NCBI GenBank assembly: GCA_051599415.1
Contig: AP039711.1
Span: forward strand, 1 to 64,000
From: Savitreella phatthalungensis
Taxonomy: Eukaryota
Length of the DNA: 64,000 nt
Direction of reading: 5' to 3'
Shown one piece after another: positions 8,911 through 19,300 of this stretch. The notes under the pieces are model-generated. The model was not told where the DNA came from, did no database searches, and saw only the letters and a list, made by a program, of their open reading frames with translations. Within the stretch, counting starts at the first letter, position 1, and each line of letters begins with the position of its first letter. The translations under genes were made by a program, and so were the position numbers.

Positions 8911-10416
8911 TTACAAGTCTGCAAGTAAAGAGTCCTTGAGGTCCAGCAGGGATTCGTGGCGTAATTGGTGCGTAGTGTGAATGTGGCGCACGATTGAGAC
9001 TCGCTCCTGCAGCTCCGCGAGTCTGCTCTCGGCTGCAGCCTGCTCCAGTGTAGCTAGTCTCTGAAAGGCGTGCAGCTTGCCGAGATCGCTCGAGAGTGTC
9101 CTGTGAGCGGCGGAGAGCTTGTCCGAGAGCAATTGCGCGCGGTCGAGGTACCCACCGAGCGCTTTCGTGAGCACCTTTTCAAGCGAGAGGCATCTGGTGG
9201 CGTCACGTTGCAGCAACCGCCCAATCACTGGCAGCGCCGACCGAGGCAGTGCGGGAGACTCGACTTGCTCAGAGGAAATACTCCTCTGACCAGTTGTTTG
9301 AGAGGAGACGCCCACAAATCCGACTTTTCCCGTCGGACGCGGCAAACCGATTTGTTCTGCACGCGGCCGTGCCAAAAAGTCTCTACGCCGACGCTCATCT
9401 TCGTCCTGAAGCCGTCTTCTGTCGAGCTCTTCAGCGTCTAACTCGCCCACGTCTCCGCCATCAGCTCTTGATACACCTTCGTCGTCGCTCGCACCATCGA
9501 CGTCGATCTCGAAATCATTCTTCGGCTTGGGTAAGCTCGAGAAGAGGCCTTTGACCGGAGCAGCACGTGGCCGCTCTTCATCTAGCTCAACACCGTCCTG
9601 TGGTGCCTCGAGCTCGAGCTTTCGCCGCTTGACGGTCTTCTCGACCTCTCGTGCCCTCTTGAGCTGTGTGATGTCCGCAGCAGAATGTCTGACCCGCTTA
9701 TCCGCCTCCCGCTGCTTCTCCTTTTTAGGTGGTGGAGGTTTGTATGCGCCTCTGCTTGCATTGTTTCTTGCAACCTCGTCGGTCACATCATAAAATCCAA
9801 GTGGAACAGTCCGCTCAAGGTGCACGTCGTCGTTGTAGCCGCGCTCGTAACGTAAGCGCATATTGACACCGGCCGCCTTGAGCTCCCTGCGCTTCTGAAT
9901 GACGCTGACACGCTTTGTCTCCTCGAGCAGCTTCTCCCGCTGCTTCCGCTTCGCCTTCTTGCCCATCGTATTAGCCAGCCTGGCCCTCGCCTCTGACAGC
10001 ATCTCCTTCTCCTCCTCGTCCATATCGATCGCGTCCGGCTTGGCGACCTTTGTCTCTGGATCTGTGTCGGCCTGCTGCATGAGCGCATCCTCTCCTACGA
10101 GCGGCGCGGCACCATCAGCATCATCCAACAGCCTCTGATACCTGGCCAGACACTGCGTACTGGTTCTCCCGACAAAGCCGGCGACCGTGCGCCATTGAGA
10201 AGGGAAGAGTTTGACCGCATGCAGCAGCTTCTCGTCCTCGTCACGCGTCCATTCGAGCTTCCGAATTCCTGGGTCTAGCCACTCGCGCCATCGCGCCTTG
10301 CACTGCTTCGGTGTCTTGCGCACCAGCAGAGAAGAGATTCGCGCCCATTGATTCAGCCCGTACTTGGCGATTGCCGCCTTGAGAATCTCATCCTCGACGT
10401 TCGTCCAAGCGGACAT
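8911..10416 (-). CDS. CEF1: Pre-mRNA splicing factor Cef1/Cdc5 (Myb repeats, NTC core)
   Basis: WTNVEDEILKAAIAKYGLNQWARISSLLVRKTPKQCKARW and DMDEEEKEMLSEARARLANT. Likely start is the ATG at 10416. Confidence 0.95.
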   Translation of the reverse strand: MSAWTNVEDEILKAAIAKYGLNQWARISSLLVRKTPKQCKARWREWLDPGIRKLEWTRDEDEKLLHAVKLFPSQWRTVAGFVGRTSTQCLARYQRLLDDADGAAPLVGEDALMQQADTDPETKVAKPDAIDMDEEEKEMLSEARARLANTMGKKAKRKQREKLLEETKRVSVIQKRRELKAAGVNMRLRYERGYNDDVHLERTVPLGFYDVTDEVARNNASRGAYKPPPPKKEKQREADKRVRHSAADITQLKRAREVEKTVKRRKLELEAPQDGVELDEERPRAAPVKGLFSSLPKPKNDFEIDVDGASDDEGVSRADGGDVGELDAEELDRRRLQDEDERRRRDFLARPRAEQIGLPRPTGKVGFVGVSSQTTGQRSISSEQVESPALPRSALPVIGRLLQRDATRCLSLEKVLTKALGGYLDRAQLLSDKLSAAHRTLSSDLGKLHAFQRLATLEQAAAESRLAELQERVSIVRHIHTTHQLRHESLLDLKDSLLADL

Positions 10417-10630
10417 CCGGCAGAGACCGTAGCGTACCGCACCTGATATGGTACGATATGCGATACACGGTGTGCGGCGTACAATGCACGCTTTGCGCCG
10501 TACGGACGAAAAGGTACAATCTGCGATATACGGTGTCTTGTCACGGAGTACCGTGTCTGATGTAATTTTGCCGTGTGCCGTATGGCTTGCTTGCTCGTAC
10601 AAAAGTCTGGGCTAGCACAAGAAAATAGAA

Positions 10631-13225
10631 ATGCACGATTGGATGACACTGGAAAGGGTGCTGGACGAAGTGTACGCGTATCTTGGCGTCAGGGAGCAGG
10701 TACTGGGAGAGTATATTGTAAACCAGCATGCGCTCTCTTCCGGGTATGACGACTTCGCTTCCAGGTTGAAAGATCTGCCGGAGGCCCTCGTCAGGTCACT
10801 CGATCGGATCATCCCACGTCAGCCGCCTGCGAAGAAGCGCAGGCTATCGCCAGACATCGGGAGCGGCGCGGGCAGCAGTCGTGGCAGTGCGTCGGACCAC
10901 GGGCGCGGCCGGAGCTATGACTACGGTTGGGAGCGTGGCCGTGAACGGGACGGGGAACGCAGACGACCGTCAATCGACGAGCAGGAAGACAATGTGGATG
11001 TGGAGCTGCGAGACGATGAGCCAGCCTTCCTAAAAGGCAAGACGAGGAGGTCTCTCGAGCTGTCACCGATCAGAGTGATCCGTGCGCCTGACGGGAGTCT
11101 TAACAGGGCGGCAATGTCGGGTCAGCAGTTGCTGAGGGAGAAGCGCGAAAACGTCCGTGCTACGATCAGGGATCCTGTGAGGGCTGCGCCTCTGCCGACC
11201 ACCACACTCCACCGCGAACTACCGATTCATGCCCTCAGAAAACCCTTGCTTGAGGCTGTGAAAGCCAATCAGATGCTCATCGTCGTCGGAGAAACTGGCA
11301 GTGGTAAGACGACGCAGCTGACGCAATTTCTGGCCGATGCGGGCTTTCCGGGGAGGATTGGATGTACACAGCCGCGTCGCGTCGCAGCGACGAGCGTCGC
11401 GAAGCGCGTGGCCGAGGAACGGCGCGCGAGACTTGGTGGAGAAGTCGGCTACACGGTGCGATTTGACGATTGTTCGTCGGCTGCTACAAAGATCAAGTAC
11501 CTGACGGACGGCATGCTGCAACGGGAGTGCTTACTGGACCCAAATTTGGAGGGCTACGGCGTGATTATCCTAGATGAGGCGCACGAGCGCACGATCGCGA
11601 CCGATGTCCTATTCGGTCTGCTGAAGCGGACTTGCAAACGGCGACCAGATCTCAAACTAATCATCACGAGTGCCACGCTCGACTCGGAAAAGTTTTCGAG
11701 GTATTTCTGGGACTGTCCGATCTTCACGATTCCCGGAAGGACGTTTCCCGTGGAGATTCTGCATGCAAAGGAGCCCGAGCCGGATTACGTGGACGCGGCG
11801 CTGATGACAGTCATGCAGATTCACCTGTCGGAGAACGAAGGAGATATCCTCGTGTTCTTGACAGGTCAAGACGAGATCGAGACGGCGCGTGAGATTCTCG
11901 AGAGCAGGTCCGCGGAGATGAAGGGTCTCGAGATGATTGTCATGCCGATCTACGCGTCTCTGCCGCCAGAGCAGCAGGCGAGAGTTTTCGAGCCGACACC
12001 GCCTGGTTCGCGTAAGATCGTGCTGGCCACCAATATCGCCGAGACGTCAATCACGATCGATGGGATTTACTTCGTGGTCGACCCCGGGTTCGTGAAGCAG
12101 AACGCGTACGATCCGAAACTGGGAATGGACTCGCTCGTTGTAACGCCGATCTCTCAGGCGCAGGCACGGCAGCGCGCAGGTCGAGCTGGTCGAACAGGAC
12201 CTGGCAAGTGCTTCAGACTGTATACGGAGGCCGCATTCGAAAAGGAGATGCTGCCATCTACCGTTCCCGAGATCCAGCGGCAGAACTTGTCGAGCACGAT
12301 TTTGTCACTCAAGGCAATGGGCATAAACGACCTGCTACGATTCGACTTCATGGATCCACCACCGACGCAGACACTACTGAACGCACTTGAGGGGCTTTAC
12401 GTGCTCGGAGCTCTGGACGAGGAGGGTTTGCTGACGCGGATGGGCAGGCGAATGGCCGATTTTCCCATGGAGCCGCACTTGTCGAAGGTGCTGTTGGCTA
12501 GCGTCGATATGGGTTGTTCGCACGAGTGTCTGACGATCATTGCGATGCTCTCTAGCGGCGGCAATGTCTTTCACCGACCGCGTGAGAGACAGGCGCAGGC
12601 AGACGAGGCCAAACGACGGTTTCACCGGAGCGAGGGCGACCATTTGACATTGCTGCACGTGTATGATGCATGGGTACGATCGGATTACTCCCGTGCATGG
12701 TGCATTCAGCACTTTGTGAATGCACGTGCGCTGCTACGCGCCAGGGATGTCCGTCACCAGCTCGAAGGAATCATGGAAAGGTACAAGCAGCCGATCAGGA
12801 GCTGTGGGGGCGACTCGAAGCTGGTACGCAGGGCTATCGTCTCTGGATTCTTCACTCACGCCGCGAAACGAGATCCGCAGGAAGGTTACAAGACCGTGGT
12901 CGAGGGCACGCCTGTCTACATGCATCCGTCATCAGCTCTGTTTCACGCTGGTGGGGGTGGTTTGGGCGGTGGTGCTGAATGGGTGGTGTATCACGAGCTG
13001 GTGGCAACGACGAGGGAGTATATGCACTGCGTGACGCAGATCGAGGCCAAGTGGTTGCCCGAGCTCGCGCCTGCCTTCTTTAAGGTTGCAGACAGTAGAA
13101 CGGTGTCACGGGCAAAAGCACGAGAGCGGATCGTCCCACTTCACTCTAGGGATTCTGCAGACGAGTCATGGAGAATCTCGAAGCAGCGATCGGCTGGACG
13201 TGCTCGCCCGTCCATCTTCTCGTGA
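10631..13225 (+). CDS. PRP22: DEAH-box spliceosomal RNA helicase Prp22/DHX8
   Basis: [19 protein letters not shown] and QRAGRAGR motifs; Prp22-specific [21 protein letters not shown] and [20 protein letters not shown]. Confidence 0.95.
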   Translation: MHDWMTLERVLDEVYAYLGVREQVLGEYIVNQHALSSGYDDFASRLKDLPEALVRSLDRIIPRQPPAKKRRLSPDIGSGAGSSRGSASDHGRGRSYDYGWERGRERDGERRRPSIDEQEDNVDVELRDDEPAFLKGKTRRSLELSPIRVIRAPDGSLNRAAMSGQQLLREKRENVRATIRDPVRAAPLPTTTLHRELPIHALRKPLLEAVKANQMLIVVGETGSGKTTQLTQFLADAGFPGRIGCTQPRRVAATSVAKRVAEERRARLGGEVGYTVRFDDCSSAATKIKYLTDGMLQRECLLDPNLEGYGVIILDEAHERTIATDVLFGLLKRTCKRRPDLKLIITSATLDSEKFSRYFWDCPIFTIPGRTFPVEILHAKEPEPDYVDAALMTVMQIHLSENEGDILVFLTGQDEIETAREILESRSAEMKGLEMIVMPIYASLPPEQQARVFEPTPPGSRKIVLATNIAETSITIDGIYFVVDPGFVKQNAYDPKLGMDSLVVTPISQAQARQRAGRAGRTGPGKCFRLYTEAAFEKEMLPSTVPEIQRQNLSSTILSLKAMGINDLLRFDFMDPPPTQTLLNALEGLYVLGALDEEGLLTRMGRRMADFPMEPHLSKVLLASVDMGCSHECLTIIAMLSSGGNVFHRPRERQAQADEAKRRFHRSEGDHLTLLHVYDAWVRSDYSRAWCIQHFVNARALLRARDVRHQLEGIMERYKQPIRSCGGDSKLVRRAIVSGFFTHAAKRDPQEGYKTVVEGTPVYMHPSSALFHAGGGGLGGGAEWVVYHELVATTREYMHCVTQIEAKWLPELAPAFFKVADSRTVSRAKARERIVPLHSRDSADESWRISKQRSAGRARPSIFS

Positions 13226-13660
13226 TTGTGGGCTGCGATTCCGAGCTGTGACGAGGGCTTGGCTTACACGCGAGCCTGTGGCAGTCGGTGAAGAGAGGAG
13301 TCAAGTCAAGTCGTCGGTCAATTGCATGCATGATCGAGTCTTGCTGGCCGAACTGGACCAAGCCTAGCTGTGAGGATCCGCAGAATGTTTATTCCATCTT
13401 CAGCTCGTCGCGAATCAGTTTTAATGAAGAACACGTGACGCGGTGAACGCTCCTCTCCCAAGACCTTTCAATCGCACTGAGTGCGTCAAGTGCTGAAGCA
13501 GACGATCTCATGACGATGGAAGAGTGATGATGCTCTTGGAATGGTGACAGTCCCATCAGCAAAGGGACAGTGGCAAAGCGAATGCCTCGCAGGAAATCCG
13601 ATGAAGGTTGGGATCTCATGTAGATAGGCGAATGACATCACGTGCCGTACGAGGGGCGAC

Positions 13661-15706
13661 ATGACACGTCGCCTTTTTCCGAATGCCCTACGTCGGGAAA
13701 TTGTAAAGACCACAGAATCTACAGACTCGCCACACAGTCTAAGAGCAAGCAGTCAAGTATCTTCGTCAACGATATCACTCATGTGTGAAGGCCAGATCCC
13801 ACTTGAAGATGTCGTTTACAGCACCGAAAAGTCATTTGTAAAGCGAGGCATCTTCAGGAGATACGCTTCGACCATATGTACTCTCACCACGATGGCCGGC
13901 GTGCCCAAACTCAACCAAGACCTGATCTACTATGAAATCGGCCGCCGACACGATACAGCTGTCGCTGCAATGAGCCGTCCTCGAAATCCTGTGATCGTTG
14001 ATTCTGGCTTTGAGACTGCAGTGTCCGAAGCCGAAGCGTTGAGGGATTTCGCGCGAGAGCACACGGGTCTCACCATGACCTTTGCTCGGACTAATTTGAT
14101 CGGGGTCGTGGAACGCATCGCTAGAGGACTGGCGTGTGCCTCTCTCTACGAAAAGGTCGACTCCGAGTGTCTCTTCGCGGGTCCGAGAAAGGCTGTCATG
14201 TTGCTCAAGCACCAGTGCCTGGACACTCCGCTCCACGAAAACGTCGTCTTTATTCCTCGCGGGAATACACGCTTCGATGAAAATATCTTCGTTGTTCTGG
14301 CCTCGGCTATCGCCGGAGAAGGAGGAATTCCCGCGACTAATTCTTTGAGCGCCGATGATCCCATGAAGTCAATGTCCCTGCCTACCGTCGACAGCAAAAG
14401 GTTCCCCAAGGCCTGCTTCAATGCCCTTCGGGTCCTCGGCGCCAATTTTGAAGCAAGCAATGCAGGCGATCAATTCGCTCTCGGCTTCACTCAAGGCATC
14501 CACTCGGCCATGAATGTCGTCCCACACAGCTATGAAGGCTCCATCATGCACGAAATCCTGGGCCAGACCTCCTATTCCGTACCTTTCGGGGGTATTCGTC
14601 TCGATCATTCTTCATACTTTGGGTTACCCAAGCATCCAGACGACTTAGTGTCTTTCCATGGTAATGTCGATGGGATCGCACTGAAGACCGCAGCTTTGGT
14701 CGCGCACTGTGACCCTTGTGTGCAGGTGAATGGAGAATGGTTTCCAACCATCCTCGGTGATGGTGCAATGTCCGCTGTTCGAGACGCCGAACTAATTACC
14801 ACATCCGGTAAAAGGGCTGATCGCAACTGGGGTCGTTTGAGACAAGTATTTCCCTCATTCTCCCGGATTTACTGCGCTGCACTCACCAAACTCTTTGCTT
14901 TTCCCCCTTCTGACTCGGGAGCTGACATCCTCTTCAATCACACCATTGATTCTATTGAGGAAGTCAAAAACTCCGTTCCTCTATACTATGGGTCTTTTGC
15001 GCCTTTCTTCTTCATTGAACCGACCAGTCTGGTCGACACTGATTTTGTCGGCTCGATTGCCGAACGAGAGGGCTTCGCTAGTCTTGCTGGGGGAGGTCAG
15101 GATGTCCATGCACGTAATGCGTGGGAGCATATTACCGTGGCCTCATCTTCGCGCAGAAGCGTCACGCATTGGGAGGTCAAGATGCGCAGCGCTCGAACTG
15201 CCTTATTTTTGGCGCATTTCGCAGGCAACCTGCGATCCTGCCTTACATCCATTCGCATCCACGAAATAAATGCAAATGCAACTATGCGGGCCCACAGCGG
15301 TCATCCACGTATAGGTGAATGGTCTCGCGAAGATTCCACGTTGGGCGACTGCCTATGGAGCCATTCCCACTCATGCCTACCTGCACCAAGCGAATTTGTC
15401 CTCCTAGCGCCGTATATGTGTATATCCGTGAGGCACTTTGACACAACGATCGACAAGGACAACCTTCCACTCATGCGGCGCGTTCCCTTGCCTCACGAAT
15501 TTGCTGAGACCAAGATCAAGATTGTTGCGTCCGTTCCGCAGTGGATTTGCCCAGGCAGGGCAGAGTCTCCTACGCGCGACATGGACTTACGTCCCTCAAA
15601 CGCTGTTGCCCAGATATCTAAGGCATGCACAAGTTCAGTCAGGGACCAATCGAGAAAACGGTCAAGAGCTTCAGCAGAGCTGTCAGATGGTGAAGCAAGA
15701 GAATGA
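13661..15706 (+). CDS. Endogenous victorivirus/totivirus-like capsid protein (non-retroviral integrated RNA virus gene); start could be the ATG at 13781
   Basis: Motifs FRRY, IYYEIGRR, VERIARGLA, YSVPFGGI, DGIALKTAALVAHCDPCVQVNGEWFPT and APFFFIEPTSL occur in the order I recall from victorivirus coat proteins. Confidence 0.85.
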   Translation: MTRRLFPNALRREIVKTTESTDSPHSLRASSQVSSSTISLMCEGQIPLEDVVYSTEKSFVKRGIFRRYASTICTLTTMAGVPKLNQDLIYYEIGRRHDTAVAAMSRPRNPVIVDSGFETAVSEAEALRDFAREHTGLTMTFARTNLIGVVERIARGLACASLYEKVDSECLFAGPRKAVMLLKHQCLDTPLHENVVFIPRGNTRFDENIFVVLASAIAGEGGIPATNSLSADDPMKSMSLPTVDSKRFPKACFNALRVLGANFEASNAGDQFALGFTQGIHSAMNVVPHSYEGSIMHEILGQTSYSVPFGGIRLDHSSYFGLPKHPDDLVSFHGNVDGIALKTAALVAHCDPCVQVNGEWFPTILGDGAMSAVRDAELITTSGKRADRNWGRLRQVFPSFSRIYCAALTKLFAFPPSDSGADILFNHTIDSIEEVKNSVPLYYGSFAPFFFIEPTSLVDTDFVGSIAEREGFASLAGGGQDVHARNAWEHITVASSSRRSVTHWEVKMRSARTALFLAHFAGNLRSCLTSIRIHEINANATMRAHSGHPRIGEWSREDSTLGDCLWSHSHSCLPAPSEFVLLAPYMCISVRHFDTTIDKDNLPLMRRVPLPHEFAETKIKIVASVPQWICPGRAESPTRDMDLRPSNAVAQISKACTSSVRDQSRKRSRASAELSDGEARE

Positions 15707-16374
15707 ATGCTTCAACTTGCAATGCTGACGCTGGTTTGTGCCCTGCTGCATCAGAAGAACGGCTGAGACTCGATCGAAAAGTTTCTGTACGATGGAGAGT
15801 ATGGGGCGAACGCACTTTGAGGTGGCGAGGATGGGGATGCACGAAATTTAGGAGGATTTGATTACTTAATTAGCTAGAAGATCGATTAGTCGCGCAAGAG
15901 CACGTGTTTTGAGGTTGAAATTTCATGATCCGAGTCTGCGGTCCGTCAGATCAAGAATTACCGATCAATCTTGACGGAAACCGGAAATCAAACTTTTTTT
16001 CTTTGCCCGTTCAATTCAATTCGATTGACCACTATTACTGCTCGAGTACTCTCATTAAAGAGACAGGCGGGAATCTTATAGATCGATTAGTCCAGATCTA
16101 GAACTAATCAAATCAATCAATCTCAGAAGTCTTAGATCTTCTTATTACCCGCAGCCCGGAACAATCGGGAGATCGATATATCCTGACTGATCTTGCTTAC
16201 TTTGCTGACTTGATTACTTGCTTACCCTTCCCAAATAAACTTTTTGTGAGACGGTCACCGAGGGGTAGCATCACCAGACACACAGGCTTCGATAGACATC
16301 CACACCTCGTACAAAGTCTTCGACCTGCATCTCAATCAAATCATCAGACCTTCGACCCGCTCTCCTCATCAGGG

Positions 16375-19300
16375 ATGTCCGCTAGAACGGCTTACCTGAC
16401 GAGTGACACCGTCTACGTCGTTGGCAGCGCTACTGCGCCCGCCCATGCCGTTTCTGCCGATGAGTCGAACGTCTACAGTCCGGTCGTTCCACAGGTCGTA
16501 CGCCTTAGGGAGACTGCAGATCCATTCCTTCAAGTGCTCGAGGCTCTAGGTGGCGACGCAAAGGGACGTCTAGCAACTGTGATTGCACCAGCATCGACCC
16601 TCGTACAGGCTGTTCCCCATCTCTACCGCCTCGCTCACTTGCCACTCACGATCCTCGTCGAGGCACGGGATGACTATGCAGACATTCAGGCATTGCGCTC
16701 GACCGGCATTGCCATCTTTCAGGCATTCAGCCCACAGGAGGCACAGGATCTCTCCCTCGTCGCTCGCTCAGTCGCAGTGTCTACGCGCCGTGCAAATATC
16801 GTCTTTTTCGAGAAGCAGGCACAGGAGAGCGAGGTCACAGCGCTAGAGACTGACCAGATCGAGCGATTGCTCGGTGATGCCGTTGGAGCGCGCGAGCAGG
16901 CCCTCGACGCCAGCGCACTGTATACAGCGAACGAGTCTGCAGTCGACGTCTCGTCTGCCATTACAACCGCCCTCGCAGAGTTTTCTAAGGTCACAGGCCG
17001 GTCGTACGCACCTTTGGAGTACACGGGCTCACAGACCGCAGACTCCGCCATCGTTCTCTTCGGCTCCAACGCTGCGAGCTTCCGCGCACGTATCGCTAAG
17101 AGCTTCAAGGGCGATGTCGAGTCTGCCGCGGGCGTCCTCCTGGTTCGTGTCTACCGCCCCTTCGATGCGGCTGCCGTCCAGAAGGCTCTTCCCGCGACTG
17201 TCAAGCGCGTTGCCGTGCTCGAGCAGCTTCGCACACGCACCTCTCGTTGGAATCCGCTTTTCCTCGACGTTCTTCAGGCCTTGCAGGCACGCGACGACGT
17301 CAAGGTCGTTTCCGGTCAGCTCGGCATCAATACCGAGGAAACTGTCTCGCAGGCTCTGCGCGGTGTCCTTCACAACCTCCGCGCCGACAAGCCACTCCAG
17401 AACCTCTTCGTCGGTAACCCTTTCCCTGAGACGCAGAAGGAAAGCCTTCAGACACCCGCGATCGAGAGCGCATACGACAAGATCCTCAAGCAAGTGTTTG
17501 GCGACCGTCTGGACATCGTCAACAGACAGGAAGGTCTTGCCGGGCTCAGCACTTCCCCAGAATACGCACTCGGACGTGCGCTCGCTCAGCAGGAGTCTCG
17601 CGCTGCATTCGTGAGCGCAGCCTCGCCAGAGGGTCTCACATCGGCCAAGGACGCCTTCCACGCATGGCAGGCGGTTGCTCACTCCAAGCAGGAGTCCGCT
17701 TGTGCCGCAGCTGCTCTCGTCGAGGCGCTCCAGGCTGATACATCGGACGCAGCCAAGAAGCTGCTCGAGAACGCCAGTTTGTTGCCGCTGCCAACTCCTT
17801 GGCTTGTGGTCTCTGATGCATGGGCAGCCGACCTCGGCAACGGTGGTGTCCACCACCTGCTTGCATCCGACGCCAAGGTCAACATGCTTGTCATTGACTC
17901 TAACCCGGGCTCGCGCAAGAAGGACGTCGGTCTGTATGCCATGAACTTTGGCAACGCTTACGTCGCATCCACCGCCGTCTACGCATCTTACACCCAGGTC
18001 CTCGCAGCCATGGTCGAGGCCGACAAGTTCGATGGACCTTCGGTTGTGCTCGCATACCTGCCATACACCGAGGACGATGCGACGCCTGTCACCGTCCTCC
18101 AGGAGACAAAGCGCGCAGTCGAGTCAGGCGCATGGCCACTATACCGCTTCACCCCGTCGACCGACGGCGAGGCCAAGTTCGAGCTTGACAGCGAGAGACT
18201 GCGTCGTGAGCTCCAGGACTTCCTGAAGCGCGACCAGCGCCTCTCTCAGCTCGCTAGACGCGACCCGAAGTTCGCAGCCTCTCTCGCCAGCCACCACGGC
18301 GCAGAGGTGCGCGCACAGCAGAAGCGCAAGGCCAGAAGCGCATACGACAAGATGCTCGAGAGCCTGAGCGGACCGCCGCTCACGATCCTCTACGCGTCTG
18401 ACGGCGGCAACGCAGAGAACCTCTCGAAGCGTCTCGCGCGCCGCGCAAAGGCACGCACCCTCAAGGCCAAGGTGATGGCGATGGACGACTACCCCGTGGA
18501 GGAGCTATCGAACGAGAAGAACTTGATCCTCGTCAGCGCCACAGCCGGACAGGGCGAGTTCCCACAGAACGGTCGCAACTTTTGGGAAGCCGTCAGGTCG
18601 TCTCTTGATCTCGATCTCTCCAACACAAACTTCTCCGTCTTTGCCATGGGCGACTCTCACTACTGGCCACGTGCAGCAGACAAGCACTACTACAACAAGC
18701 CTGGCAAAGACCTGCTTGCACGTGTCACTGCGCTCGGCGGCAAGCTCATGGTTGACATCGGTCTCGGTGACGACCAGGACCCTGATGGTTACGAGACTGG
18801 CTACCAGGCATGGGAACCTGAGCTGTGGAAGGCAATGGGTGTGGACAAGATGGACGTCGTCGTTGACGAGCCAAAGGTGCGCGGTCCGGAAGATGTTAAG
18901 GTCGAGTCGAACTTCTTGCGCGGTGGAATCGTGGCTGGTTTGAAGGACGAGTCGACCGGTGCAATCTCAGCCGATGACGCTCTCCTGACCAAGTTCCACG
19001 GCACGTACATGCAAGACGACCGTGACGTTCGCGAGCAGCGCAAGGCTGATGGCCTCGAGCCGGCATACTCCTTCATGATCCGTGCACGACTTCCCGCCGG
19101 TGTGGCCACACCTGAGCAGTGGATCGCCATGGACGAGATCAGCGACACCTATGGCAACCACACCTTCAAGCTGACGACTCGTCAGACATTCCAGTGGCAC
19201 GGCGTGCTGAAGCGCAATCTCAAGCGCACGATTGCAGCCATCAACAAGGCGCTCATCACGACAATTGCCGCCTGTGGTGACGTGAATCGAAACGTCATGT

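Noticed and set aside
15707..16374. Viral RdRp remnant downstream of the capsid ORF
   Set aside because: No long ORF or RdRp motifs; the region looks like the AT-richer MET5 promoter.
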